This document shows positions 39,703 to 49,360 of a stretch of DNA of 64,000 nt, piece after piece (the stretch's first letter is position 1; each line of letters begins with the position of its first letter). The position numbers and the translations under genes are program-made. This DNA comes from an uncultured delta proteobacterium (GTDB taxonomy: Bacteria > Myxococcota > Myxococcia > Myxococcales > Anaeromyxobacteraceae). The notes below the pieces were generated by a model, which ran no database searches, was not told where the DNA came from, and saw only the letters and a list, made by a program, of their open reading frames with translations. The stretch lies in assembly GCA_963814585.1 (NCBI GenBank), contig CAWFDF010000012.1, positions 160,001 through 224,000 on the forward strand, given 5' to 3'.

Positions 39703-41906
39703 TCGCGCTGATCGCCCCCCTGCTCCTCGCGGTCGCCGGACCCGCCCCGGCCGCCCTCCCCGTACCGGGCGCCTCGCCGGCCGAGGCCGAGCCGTTCCTG
39801 AAGCGCTACCTGGAGACCCGCCGCTTCTCGGCCGGCCGCCCCTTCCGCGCGGTCCTCACCCCCGGCGGCGACGCCGCCGTCTTCCTCCGCTCCGGACCCC
39901 GCTCCCCGGTGGCCGCGCTCTTCACCACCGATCTCGGGAGCGGCGAGACGCGCGAGCTGGCCAGCGCCGAGAGGCTGCTGGCCGGGGACCCGGGCATCCT
40001 CACCGCCGCCGAGCAGGCCCAGCTGGAGCGGCAGCGGATCAGCACTCGCGGCATCACCGCCTTCGAGCTCTCCCGGGACGGCCAGCGGCTGGCCGTCGCC
40101 GTGGGCGGCAGGCTCTTCCTGCTGGAGCGGGCCACCGGCGCCATCACCCGGCTCGAGCCGGGCGGCCGGCCGCTCGACCTGCGCTTCTCGCCCGACGGCG
40201 CCACCCTCTCCTACGTCGTCGATCACGACATCCGCCTGCTCGACCTCGCCACCGGCGCGGCGCGGCCGCTCACCACCGGCGGCACCGAGGACGTCCCACA
40301 CGGCATCGCCGAGTTCGTCGCGCAGGAGGAGTTCGACCGCTTCTCCGGGCACTGGTGGTCACCCGACTCGAGGCTGGTGGCCTGGCAGGAGACCGACCAG
40401 CGCGCCGTCGAGAGGTTCACCATCCACGACCCGCTCCACCCCGAGCGCCCGGCAGACACCTTCCGGTACCCGCGCGCCGGCCACGCCAACGCCACGGTCC
40501 GGCTGGCCGTCTCGCCCGTCACCGGCGGCGCGCCGGTCTGGGTCGCCTGGGATCGCGACAAGTACCCCTACCTCGGCGAGGTGCGCTGGACCGAGGGCGG
40601 TCCCCTCTGCCTGGTGGTGCTGACGCGCGCCCAGGACGAGCTGGCGCTGCTCGCCGCCGATCCGGTCACCGGCGCGACCCGGGAGCTGCTGACCGAGAGG
40701 GACGCTGCCTGGGTCAACCTGGTGCAGGGCTTCCCTCGCTGGAAGGAGGACGGGACCGGCTTCTTCTGGCTCTCCGAGCGGACCGGCTGGCCGGAGATCG
40801 AGCTGCGCCGGCCCGACGGCTCGCTGGCCTCCACCTGGGTCAAGGGCAGCGCCGGGCTGGCGCGCCTGGTCGGCTACGACGAGCGGCGGCGCTGGCTCTG
40901 GTTCACCGGCGGCCCCGAGCCGACCCAGACCAGGCTCTACGTGGTGAAGGACGGCGCGCCGCCGGAGGAGTGGCTGGCGCCGGTGGTGCCGGTCTCCACC
41001 AGCGCCCTGCTCTCCAGGAACGGCGAGGTGCTGCTGGTGACGCGCTCCACCCTGGGCGCCGCGGGCCCGCCGGTGGCCCACCGCACCGACGGCCGGCGGC
41101 TGGTCGAGCTCCCGTCGGTGGCGGAGAAGCCCCCCTTCGAGCCCAGGGCCGAGCTCTACCGGATCGGACCGGCGCCGGGCTTCTACGCCTCGGTGATCCG
41201 GCCCCGCGCCGCCCGGCCCGGTGCGAAGCTGCCGGTCTACCTCTCGGTCTACGGCGGGCCCCACGTCCAGATGGTCGGCGTGCACCCGGACCACCTGGCC
41301 CAGTGGATCGCCGACCAGGGCTTCATCCACGTCGCCATCGACGGGCGCGGCACGCCGCGGCGGGGGCGCGACTGGGAGCGCTCCATCCGCGGCGACTTCG
41401 CCGGCCCGGCGCTCGACGACCAGGTGACGGCCTTGAAGGCGCTCGGCGCGGTCGTCCCCGAGCTCGACCTCACCCGCGTCGGCGTCGAGGGGTGGTCGTT
41501 CGGCGGCTACTCCGCGGCGCTGGCGGTGATGCGCCACCCGGACGTCTTCAAGGCGGCGGTGGCCGGGGCGCCGGTGGTCGACTGGGCCGACTACGACACC
41601 GCCTACACCGAGCGGTACCTCGGCATGCCCGGGCAGGCGCCGGAGGCCTACCGGCGATCCTCGCTCCTCACCTGGGCGCCGAAGCTGCAGCGCCCGCTGC
41701 TCCTCGTCCACGGCACCGCCGACGACAACGTCCACTTCTTCCACTCGCTCAAGCTGGCCGACGCGCTGCTGCGCGCCGGCAGGCGGCACGAGCTGCTGGT
41801 CCTCCCTGGGCTCTCCCACCAGGCCCAGGCCACCGGTGACCCGGCCTACGTGGCGCGGATCCGGGAGCGGTCGCTCGGGTTCCTCCAGCAGCACCTGGCG
41901 AGGTGA
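39699..41906 (+). CDS. S9B dipeptidyl-peptidase IV-like protein
   Basis: AEFVAQEEF, WWSPDS, YPRAG, VYGGP, GWSFGG, HGTADDNVH. Confidence 0.92.
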   Translation: MIALIAPLLLAVAGPAPAALPVPGASPAEAEPFLKRYLETRRFSAGRPFRAVLTPGGDAAVFLRSGPRSPVAALFTTDLGSGETRELASAERLLAGDPGILTAAEQAQLERQRISTRGITAFELSRDGQRLAVAVGGRLFLLERATGAITRLEPGGRPLDLRFSPDGATLSYVVDHDIRLLDLATGAARPLTTGGTEDVPHGIAEFVAQEEFDRFSGHWWSPDSRLVAWQETDQRAVERFTIHDPLHPERPADTFRYPRAGHANATVRLAVSPVTGGAPVWVAWDRDKYPYLGEVRWTEGGPLCLVVLTRAQDELALLAADPVTGATRELLTERDAAWVNLVQGFPRWKEDGTGFFWLSERTGWPEIELRRPDGSLASTWVKGSAGLARLVGYDERRRWLWFTGGPEPTQTRLYVVKDGAPPEEWLAPVVPVSTSALLSRNGEVLLVTRSTLGAAGPPVAHRTDGRRLVELPSVAEKPPFEPRAELYRIGPAPGFYASVIRPRAARPGAKLPVYLSVYGGPHVQMVGVHPDHLAQWIADQGFIHVAIDGRGTPRRGRDWERSIRGDFAGPALDDQVTALKALGAVVPELDLTRVGVEGWSFGGYSAALAVMRHPDVFKAAVAGAPVVDWADYDTAYTERYLGMPGQAPEAYRRSSLLTWAPKLQRPLLLVHGTADDNVHFFHSLKLADALLRAGRRHELLVLPGLSHQAQATGDPAYVARIRERSLGFLQQHLAR

Positions 41907-43307
41907 TCAGCCCCGCCTCAGGGCCGTGGCCAGCTCGGCGTAGAGGTGGATGGCGCTCCGGATCGCCTTCTGGAAGTCGCCGAGGTCGAGGCTCTCGTTC
42001 TCCGAGTGGGCGTTGGAGTAGGGATCCTCGACGCCGATGAGGAGCGCCGGCGCGCCGCCCAGCGCCCGGGCGAAGGGCTCGACGAAGCCGATCGAGCCGC
42101 CGCAGCCGATGGCCAGCGCCTTCTGGCCGAACCCCTGCTCCAGCGCCCGGAAGGCCGCCGCGAAGGCCGGGTGGCCGAGGTCGGTGATCCAGGGGGCGCC
42201 GCTGGCGACCGGGGTGATGGTCACCTCGACGCCCCAGGGCGCCGCCGCGCGCAGCGCCGCCTCCAGCTGCTGGCGCACCGTCTCCGGGTCCAGGTCGGGG
42301 ACCAGCCGGACGCCCACCCGGGCCCAGGCCACATCGCTGATGATGTTGCGCGCGTCCTTCCGGCTCGAGGCCTGGATGGCGTTCACCGAGAGCGCTGGCT
42401 GCCACCAGGTGGTCTCGAGCGGGTGGCGCTGCCCGAGCAGCCGGACCCCGGGCCGCATCCTCGCCTGCCGGCGGAAGTCCTCCACCGTCACCGGCAGCGC
42501 CTCGATGGCCTCGCGCTGCGCCGGCGTCAGCGGACGGACCCGCTCCATCACGCCGGGGATGGCGATCTGGCCCGCCTCGTCCACCAGCCCCGCCAGCATC
42601 TTCGCCAGCGCCAGCACCGGGTCGGGCACCGGGCCTCCCCACATGCCGGAGTGGATCGACTGGTCGAGGGCCCGGACCTCCACCTCGACGCAGACCAGGC
42701 CGCGCAGCGCGACCGTCACCGACGGAACGCCGGTCTCGACGTTGCTGGTGTCGGTCAGGATCATGGCGTCGGCGTCGAGGCGGGAGCGGTACCGGGCCAG
42801 GAAGGCGCCGAGGTGGTCCGAGCCGATCTCCTCCTCCCCCTCGATCACCAGCTTCACGTTGACCGGCAGGCGCCTGGCCCCGCGCGCCCAGGCGTCGACG
42901 GCGGCGACGTGGGTGAGGATGCCCGCCTTGTCGTCGGCGGCGCCGCGGCCGTAGAGCCGCCCCTCGCGCTCGGCCGGCTCGAAGGGCGGGCTCTTCCAGG
43001 CCTCGGCGTCCCCGGCCGGCTGCACGTCGTGGTGGGCATAGAGCAGCACCGTGGGGAGCGCCGGGTCCTCGATGCGCTCGCCGTAGACGTAGGGGTGGGC
43101 GCCTTCGATCCGGAGCACCTCCACGCTGGAGAAGCTGCGGCGGCGCAGCAGCTCGGCCACCGCCTCGGCGCTCCGGTTCAGCTCGATCTCCGGGAAGCCG
43201 GGGAAGGAGACCGAGGGGATGTGGACCAGCCGCTTGAGCTCGTCCAGGTAGATGGCGGCGTTGCGTTCGTAGTGGGCCAGGGCCAGGTCGGTCGCGTGGT
43301 CGCTCAT
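41907..43307 (-). CDS. M20/M25/M40 family metallo-dipeptidase
   Basis: YAHHDVQP, GRGAADDKAG, IEGEEEIGS, HSGMWGG, AHSENE. Confidence 0.92.
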   Translation of the reverse strand: MSDHATDLALAHYERNAAIYLDELKRLVHIPSVSFPGFPEIELNRSAEAVAELLRRRSFSSVEVLRIEGAHPYVYGERIEDPALPTVLLYAHHDVQPAGDAEAWKSPPFEPAEREGRLYGRGAADDKAGILTHVAAVDAWARGARRLPVNVKLVIEGEEEIGSDHLGAFLARYRSRLDADAMILTDTSNVETGVPSVTVALRGLVCVEVEVRALDQSIHSGMWGGPVPDPVLALAKMLAGLVDEAGQIAIPGVMERVRPLTPAQREAIEALPVTVEDFRRQARMRPGVRLLGQRHPLETTWWQPALSVNAIQASSRKDARNIISDVAWARVGVRLVPDLDPETVRQQLEAALRAAAPWGVEVTITPVASGAPWITDLGHPAFAAAFRALEQGFGQKALAIGCGGSIGFVEPFARALGGAPALLIGVEDPYSNAHSENESLDLGDFQKAIRSAIHLYAELATALRRG

Positions 43308-43330
43308 GGGATCGGGATATAAGGCGGGAG

Positions 43331-44449
43331 ATGCCGGTCTCACGGACCCTTCCGGAGCGTGGCCTTCGACGGCTCGGCGAGGCCATCGGGGTGACCCGGA
43401 TCGCCCGGATCACCGGCCTCGACCGGGCCGGCGTCGAGGTGGCGGCGGCGATCCGCCCCGGTGGCCACGTCCTGCAGGTCTCCACCGGCAAGGGGGAGAC
43501 CTGGGCCGACGCCGCCCGGGGCGCCCTCTCCGAGGCGGCCGAGCTCGCCGCCGCCGAGCGCCCCCGGATCGACGCCCGCGCCACCTACCAGGCGCTGGCA
43601 GGCCGGTACGGCGCGGCGGTGATCGACCCGGCCTCGCTCTCCCCCTCCGAGGCCGGCCCGGAGTGGCGCCGGCTTCACCTGGCCTGGCGGGAGGCGATCG
43701 ACCTCGCCACCGGCGCGACGCGGCTCATCCCCAGCCAGGCCGTGCACTGCCCCGCGCCGGACGGCGAGCCGCTCGGCCTCGGGGTGGTGCCGTGGACCTC
43801 CTCCGGCCTGGCGGCCCACCCCGACCGCGAGGCCGCCCTCCTCCATGCCCTGCTGGAGCTGTGCGAGCGCGACCAGCTGGCCCGGGCGCTGCCGCGCGGC
43901 TTCACGCCCCGCCTGGTCGAGGAGCGGCTGCTCGACCCGGCCTCGCTGGCGAGGGGGGCGCCGCGGACGGCGGCCTGGTGCCAGGCGCTCGCGGCACGCG
44001 GCTTCACCGTCCACCTGATCGACGCGTCGGGGCCGCTCCGGCTCCCGGTCGCGGCGGCCCTGCTGGTCGACCGCGACGGGGGCCCGGTGCCGCTGGCGGC
44101 CGGCTACGCCTGCCGGCGGACGCGCGACGAGGCCCTGCTGGCGGCCTTGCTGGAGGCGGCCCAGACGCGCCTCACCGAGATCCACGGGGCGCGCGAGGAC
44201 GTCCTGCACGGCCAGCGGGACGCCGCCGCGCCGCTGCTGCGCTGGTGCGATCGCGCCCGGCCCGCGCGCCGCGCTGCCGACCTCCCCAGCCACCCGCCCC
44301 TGCCCGCCCGGGCCCAGGTGGCCCGGCTGGTCCGCCTCCTGGCCTCGGGCGGCACGCCGCCCGTCGCCGCGGACCTGGTCGGCCCGCCCGGCCTGGCCGT
44401 GGTCAGGGTGCTGGCCCCCGGCCTGCGGCGCTCGGAGCTGCTCGGATGA
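43331..44449 (+). CDS. ycaO: YcaO-family protein (TfuA-associated type)
   Basis: GVTRIARITGLDRAG, STGKG...ALSEAAE, SSGLAAH...ALLELCERD, EAAQTRLTEIHGARED; no C-terminal PxP motif. Confidence 0.9.
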   Translation: MPVSRTLPERGLRRLGEAIGVTRIARITGLDRAGVEVAAAIRPGGHVLQVSTGKGETWADAARGALSEAAELAAAERPRIDARATYQALAGRYGAAVIDPASLSPSEAGPEWRRLHLAWREAIDLATGATRLIPSQAVHCPAPDGEPLGLGVVPWTSSGLAAHPDREAALLHALLELCERDQLARALPRGFTPRLVEERLLDPASLARGAPRTAAWCQALAARGFTVHLIDASGPLRLPVAAALLVDRDGGPVPLAAGYACRRTRDEALLAALLEAAQTRLTEIHGAREDVLHGQRDAAAPLLRWCDRARPARRAADLPSHPPLPARAQVARLVRLLASGGTPPVAADLVGPPGLAVVRVLAPGLRRSELLG

Positions 44450-45798
44450 CGACCCCCCGCCGCTCCGGCTCCGGCCGCGCCGCCCGACCGGGCCATCGGC
44501 TCCGCCGCGGCGACGTGGTCGCCTTCCTCGGCCCCTCGCTCCCGGCCGCGGAGGCCCTCGCCCTCGGGCCGATCTCGCTCCGCCCGCCGGCCCGGGCCGG
44601 CGACGTCCACGCCCTGCTCCCGGCCCGGCCGCTCGCCATCGCCCTCGTCGACGGGCTCTTCGAGGCGGCGCCCTCGGTCTGGCACCACGAGCTGCTGGCG
44701 GCCCTCGCGGCCGGCGTGCAGGTCTTCGGCGGGGGCTCGATGGGCGCCCTGCGGGCCGCCGAGCTGGCCTCCCACGGCCTGGTCGGCGTGGGCCGGATCT
44801 TCGCCGGCTACCGCGACGGCACGCTCACCGGCGACGACGAGGTCGCGCTGCTCCACGCCTCGGCCGCGCACGGCCACCGGCCGCTCACCGTGCCGCTGGT
44901 CGACGTCCGGCGCGCCGTCGACGAGGCCCTGGCCGCCGGGCTCGTCGAGCCACGGGAGGCGGCGCGGCTGGTGCGCGGCGCCGCCGGCCTCTTCTACCAG
45001 GACCGGTCCTGGGCTCGGATCGTCGAGGCCGCCGGCCTCCCGGTGGACCGTGCCGCCGTGCTGCGCCGGTTCCTCCCCGGCGCTCCCTCGCAGAAGGCCG
45101 AGGACGCCCGCGCGACCATCGAGGCGGCGCTGGCCTGGGCCCGGGCGCGCCGTGCCGGCGCGCCGCCCCCGGCGTGCCCGCGGCGCCCGCCCCCGCCGAC
45201 CCAGGCGCGGAGGCTGGCCCTCGACGCGGCGCGGGCGCTGGTGGGCCACGCCGAGGTGGCGGGGCGGGAGGTGCTGGCGGCGCTCGCGAGCCGGGCCGAC
45301 GCCGGGCGCCTGGCCGCCGACGGGCTGATGCGCCTGCTGCTCGCGGCGCAGGCCCGCTCGCTGGGGCTGGCCCCGGGCGAGGTCGAGGTGGCCGACGCCG
45401 AGCGGCGCTGGCTCGCGGCGCTCGGCGTTCGGGCCCGCGACCGGGATCGCTTCCTGGCCGCCTGCGCCCTCGACGACGGGGAGGCGCGGAGGCTGGCCGA
45501 GGGGCTGGCGCTGGAGGCGCGGCTTCGCGCCGAGGCCGCCCGGGCCATCCCCGACGGCCCCGGCTGGCTGGAGGGGCTGGCGCTCGGCGCCCGGCTCAGC
45601 GGGGCGTGGGCGACGGAGGCGGCGCGGCGGCGAGCGCCGGGCCGCCTTCGAAGGCGGCGCCTTCAGCGTCCTCGAGAAGAACTCGAGCTGCCGGCCGAGG
45701 GTCTGGACCACGTTCTCGCGCCGCTGGGCGCCGTGCCCCTCGGCGGGGCGAACGCCGGCCGGCACCCGGGGATGAGCAGCGGCCCGCACCCGGAGTAG
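44446..45798 (+). CDS. tfuA: TfuA-like protein with helical C-terminal extension; true stop probably near 45640
   Basis: FLGPSL, PPARAGD, VDGLF...PSVWHHE, SMGALRAAEL, GVGRIF, DDEVALLH; ATGA overlap with ycaO. Confidence 0.88.
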   Translation: MTTPRRSGSGRAARPGHRLRRGDVVAFLGPSLPAAEALALGPISLRPPARAGDVHALLPARPLAIALVDGLFEAAPSVWHHELLAALAAGVQVFGGGSMGALRAAELASHGLVGVGRIFAGYRDGTLTGDDEVALLHASAAHGHRPLTVPLVDVRRAVDEALAAGLVEPREAARLVRGAAGLFYQDRSWARIVEAAGLPVDRAAVLRRFLPGAPSQKAEDARATIEAALAWARARRAGAPPPACPRRPPPPTQARRLALDAARALVGHAEVAGREVLAALASRADAGRLAADGLMRLLLAAQARSLGLAPGEVEVADAERRWLAALGVRARDRDRFLAACALDDGEARRLAEGLALEARLRAEAARAIPDGPGWLEGLALGARLSGAWATEAARRRAPGRLRRRRLQRPREELELPAEGLDHVLAPLGAVPLGGANAGRHPGMSSGPHPE

Positions 45799-46202
45799 CT
45801 CGATGGCGAGAGCTTCACCAGCGCCTCGCGGTCCCCGCGGTCGCCGTACTCGGTGGCGCGGAGGATGCGGCGGGGGCGGGTTCTCCGGAAGGTGACCAGG
45901 TGGAATGCCGACGTTGGAGGCGCCGGCGTCGTAGGCCCCGGTGAACATGGTCATGCCGATGAGCGTCGAGTAGCCGCCGTAGCTGCCGCCCAGGATGCCC
46001 ACCTTCGGCTCGACGCCACCGGCGGCGAACGCCTTCCTGGCCCAGCGGGCGGCGTCCTCGATGTCGGGGCCGAGCCGCCTGGGCCCGTCGTCGGCCCGCA
46101 GCCAGGCCGCCGTGCCGAGCGAGCCGCGCACGTTGGGCTGCACCACCACGTACCCGGCGTCGACGTAGAGCTGGTCCCTGGGGCTGAAGCCCGGCTTCAC
46201 CC
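45650..46202 (-). pseudogene. Relic of an S9 prolyl-oligopeptidase catalytic domain with many small deletions and no N-terminal half
   Basis: PNVRGS, DIEDAA, GGSYGGY (catalytic Ser), EYGD, PRVP, EGHG (catalytic His) recognisable across shifting frames. Confidence 0.75.
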
Positions 46203-46230
46203 GACCGGCCGGGCGTGGCAGGCTGCGCCG

Positions 46231-47070
46231 ATGCCCTGCCGGACCCGCGCCGCGCTGCTCGCCCTGCTCCTCGCCCTCCCCGGGGCCGCCACGGCGCAGG
46301 CGCCATCGGCCGCCGTGCCCGGGGCCGCCGCGCCGCCCGCCGCCGTGACGCTGGATCCGCCCAGGCTCACCGTCGACCTCGGCGCCGCCGCGGCGGTCAC
46401 CGGCGCCGAGCTGGCGCTCATCGGCCTCTCCGTCGCCTTCAAGGACCAGCTGGCGGCGCCCACCTGCCGCTGGTGCGAGCCGCCCCAGCTCGACCGGTGG
46501 GCGCGCGGGGCGCTGCGCTGGGACGACACCCAGGCCGCCTCGACCGCCTCGGATGCCTTCCAGGTGCTCATCCCGGCCGGAGCCGCCGCCACGCTCTGGT
46601 ACCAGGCGGCGCCTCACGGCAACCGGGAGGTGGCGGAGGACCTGCTGGTGCTCGCCGAGTCGGCCACCACCGCGACGCTGCTGACGCAGGGGGCCAAGTA
46701 CGCGGTGGGGCGGCTGCGCCCCGACGCCTGGGCGCGCGGCACCATCGAGTCGGCCGACGACAAGCTCTCCTTCTGGTCGGGCCACACCAGCCTCGCCTTC
46801 AGCACCGCCGCGGCGGCCACCCAGATCGCCCGGCTGCGCGGCCGGCCGGGCTGGACCTGGCTGGCGGCGGCGACCTTCGGCGCGGCGGCCCTCACCGGCT
46901 ACCTGCGCGTGGCGGCCGATCGCCACTGGCTCACCGACGTGGTCACCGGGGCGGCGGTGGGGACCGCCACCGGCCTGGTGGTCCCGCTGCTCGCCTACCA
47001 GCCCGCCGACGGGCGCAAGCCGGCCGTGATGCTGGCTCCTGCACCGGGTGGACTGGCGGTGGTATTCTGA
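46231..47070 (+). CDS. PAP2 family phosphatase
   Basis: KYAVGRLRP, SFWSGHTS, RVAADRHWLTDV. Confidence 0.9.
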   Translation: MPCRTRAALLALLLALPGAATAQAPSAAVPGAAAPPAAVTLDPPRLTVDLGAAAAVTGAELALIGLSVAFKDQLAAPTCRWCEPPQLDRWARGALRWDDTQAASTASDAFQVLIPAGAAATLWYQAAPHGNREVAEDLLVLAESATTATLLTQGAKYAVGRLRPDAWARGTIESADDKLSFWSGHTSLAFSTAAAATQIARLRGRPGWTWLAAATFGAAALTGYLRVAADRHWLTDVVTGAAVGTATGLVVPLLAYQPADGRKPAVMLAPAPGGLAVVF

Positions 47071-47083
47071 GTTGCAGGCCCGC

Positions 47084-47395
47084 ATGAGCCCGACCGCCAC
47101 CACCGCCAGGCTGCAGGTGATCCACGCCGCCGATCCCGCGCTCCAGGACCAATCCTATGCCCTCGAGGGCGAGGTGACCATCGGCCGCGGCGAGGAGAAC
47201 ACCCTGGTGATCGCCTCGGACCAGGCCTCGCGCCGGCACGCCTGCATCCGGCCGGATGCCGGGGGACACCGGCTCGAGGACCTCGGCTCCACCAACGGCA
47301 CCTTCGTCAACTCGAGGCAGGTGAAGGATCATCGCCTGGTCCCCGGCGACGTGATCCGCGTCGCCTCGACGGTGCTCAAGTACGTGGTGGGCTGA
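47084..47395 (+). CDS. FHA domain protein
   Basis: IGR, SRRHA, DLGSTNGTFVN. Confidence 0.9.
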   Translation: MSPTATTARLQVIHAADPALQDQSYALEGEVTIGRGEENTLVIASDQASRRHACIRPDAGGHRLEDLGSTNGTFVNSRQVKDHRLVPGDVIRVASTVLKYVVG

Positions 47396-47411
47396 GGGGC
47401 GACGCGAGCGC

Positions 47412-48047
47412 ATGCGCGGCGTCGAGCAGATCCCCTGGCTCTACGATCTCGGCCTCGCGGTCGCCGAGCGGCTCGGCTTCGTCCGGTGGCGCCGCTGGCT
47501 CGCCGAGGGGGCGGCCGGGCGGACGCTCGATCTGGGCACCGGCACCGGCCGCAACCTCACCTGGTTCGCCGCCTCGGCGGCGGTGGTGGCGGTCGACCCG
47601 AGCCGGCACAACCTCCGCGCCGCCCTGGCCCGCAAGCCGGGCGCCCTGGTGGTCCTGGCCCGGGCCGAGGCGTTGCCGTTTCGCGACGGCGCCTTCGACA
47701 CCGTGGTCTCCGGAATGGTCTTCTGCTCGGTGGACGACCCGGCCGCCGGCTTCGCCGAGGTGCAGCGCCTGCTGCGGCCGGCCGGGACGCTCCGGATGAT
47801 CGAGCACGTCCGCTCGACCTCGGCGCTCGAAGCCTGGTGGCAGGATCTCATCCAGCCGGCCTGGACCTGGGCCGCCGGCGGCTGCCGCAACAACCGCGAG
47901 ACGGAGCGGGCGGTGGCGCTGGCCGGCTTCGAGATCGACCCGGCCTCCCACCGGGCCAGCGGCACGATGCGCCGGTTCGTGGCGCGGGTGCCGGCCCCTA
48001 TCCGAACGGCAGGCGGGCGCGCAGCTCCGGACCGGCCAGCACCCTGA
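47412..48047 (+). CDS. Class I SAM-dependent methyltransferase
   Basis: LDLGTGTG, AEALPFRDGAFDTVV, FCSVDDP, EHVRS. Confidence 0.88.
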   Translation: MRGVEQIPWLYDLGLAVAERLGFVRWRRWLAEGAAGRTLDLGTGTGRNLTWFAASAAVVAVDPSRHNLRAALARKPGALVVLARAEALPFRDGAFDTVVSGMVFCSVDDPAAGFAEVQRLLRPAGTLRMIEHVRSTSALEAWWQDLIQPAWTWAAGGCRNNRETERAVALAGFEIDPASHRASGTMRRFVARVPAPIRTAGGRAAPDRPAP

Positions 48048-49302
48048 GCCGGGCACCTCGATCCCGGAGCCCCGCCAGGATCCCGGCCGCCAGCGCCCTC
48101 TGGCCGGCGTGGACGTCGGGGCCATCCGCCCGGGAGGCCTCCTCGCCGTCCTCCGAGGCCCGCTTCACCAGGTTGTGGTCGGCGTCGATCTGGGTGGTCC
48201 CCGCCCCGAAGAACCGGCGCCGCAGCTCGCCCGCGCGGGCCCTGGCCCAGGGCGGCGTCCCGACGCGGAAGATCTGCAGGGTCCGGGTCGGCGCGACCGC
48301 CGCCCCCCAGCGCGCCTTGTAGTAGGCGAAGTCCCCGAGCAGGTTCATCGACGGGGCGCCGGCCTCGATGGCGTCGCCCACCGTCAGCACCTTGAGCAGG
48401 TTGCCCGGCCCCAGCGTGCCGAAGGCCTCGTCGTAGGTGGTCTCCTCCTCCGTCAGTCCGCCGTGGAAGGTGCCGTAGATGGCCGCCGCGACCGGCAGCC
48501 CGTCGAGGAGGAGGAAGGCGAAGGACAGCGCGTGGGGCGACCCGGGCGCGCACAGCGCCCTCATGAGCGCGGTGCGGGCCGGGTGCCGCCCCACCCCCTT
48601 GTCGCGCTTCCAGCCCCGCCCCTCGAGCTCCAGGTAGAGGTCGAGGAGCGGGAGGCGCGCCGCCGGGTCGTCCGAGGTCAGGTACTCGACCGCGCCGGCC
48701 TCCAGCAGCTTGCGGGCGCGCCGGGTGACGTTGAGGCGGTGCTTCTTGGAGAGCGACCTGAACCAGGCGCCGGCGTCGAGTCCAGCCAGCGGGATGGTGG
48801 CGTTGGGGACGCCGTCGAGCGTCCGCCAGTACCACCCGGCGAGGAGGTCCGGCGGCGGCGGGAGGAGCCCGGACGCCTCCTCCTGGGCCGCGAACTCGAT
48901 CGCGTCGATCCCTCGCGTCTCCCGCAGCAGGTGGCGGTAGAAGGCGCGGGACACGGCGGCCTCGTCCTCGACCCGCGCGATCGCGCTGGGGCGGTCGCTG
49001 TCGAACTTGACGAGGAACTCGACCCGGGTCGAGGGCAGGCCGACGACGCGCTGGCGAACGCGACGCAGGGGCAGCAGCCCCACCAGCTCCGACCCCCGCC
49101 AGGCGCCCAGGATCCAGGGCTGGCTGGCGGCGCCCGCGTACTCGTCGTTGGCGAGGAAGGCCTCGAGGTAGGAGGACGAGGTGTAGGGGGTGGGCCGCCG
49201 CGACGAGAGGTTCAGCCGGTCCACGGCGGCCAACATGCCGGGTCCAGCCGCGGCGAGGGACGTGTGGGGTTCGACTCGGAGATCCACGGGAGAGCTGCTC
49301 AT
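47998..49302 (-). CDS. GNAT Acetyltransf_6 (CelD/BcsL, FemAB-like) protein
   Basis: LVGLLPL, SLSKKHRLNVTRRARKL, LDGLPVAA, YDEAFGTLGPGNLL, YKARW. Confidence 0.8.
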   Translation of the reverse strand: MSSSPVDLRVEPHTSLAAAGPGMLAAVDRLNLSSRRPTPYTSSSYLEAFLANDEYAGAASQPWILGAWRGSELVGLLPLRRVRQRVVGLPSTRVEFLVKFDSDRPSAIARVEDEAAVSRAFYRHLLRETRGIDAIEFAAQEEASGLLPPPPDLLAGWYWRTLDGVPNATIPLAGLDAGAWFRSLSKKHRLNVTRRARKLLEAGAVEYLTSDDPAARLPLLDLYLELEGRGWKRDKGVGRHPARTALMRALCAPGSPHALSFAFLLLDGLPVAAAIYGTFHGGLTEEETTYDEAFGTLGPGNLLKVLTVGDAIEAGAPSMNLLGDFAYYKARWGAAVAPTRTLQIFRVGTPPWARARAGELRRRFFGAGTTQIDADHNLVKRASEDGEEASRADGPDVHAGQRALAAGILAGLRDRGARLRVLAGPELRARLPFG

Positions 49303-49360
49303 CTCACAGGGCCCCCGGGTCGGCAAGGGCGGTCGGGCCGGCAGGGCTTCGGCGCACGGC

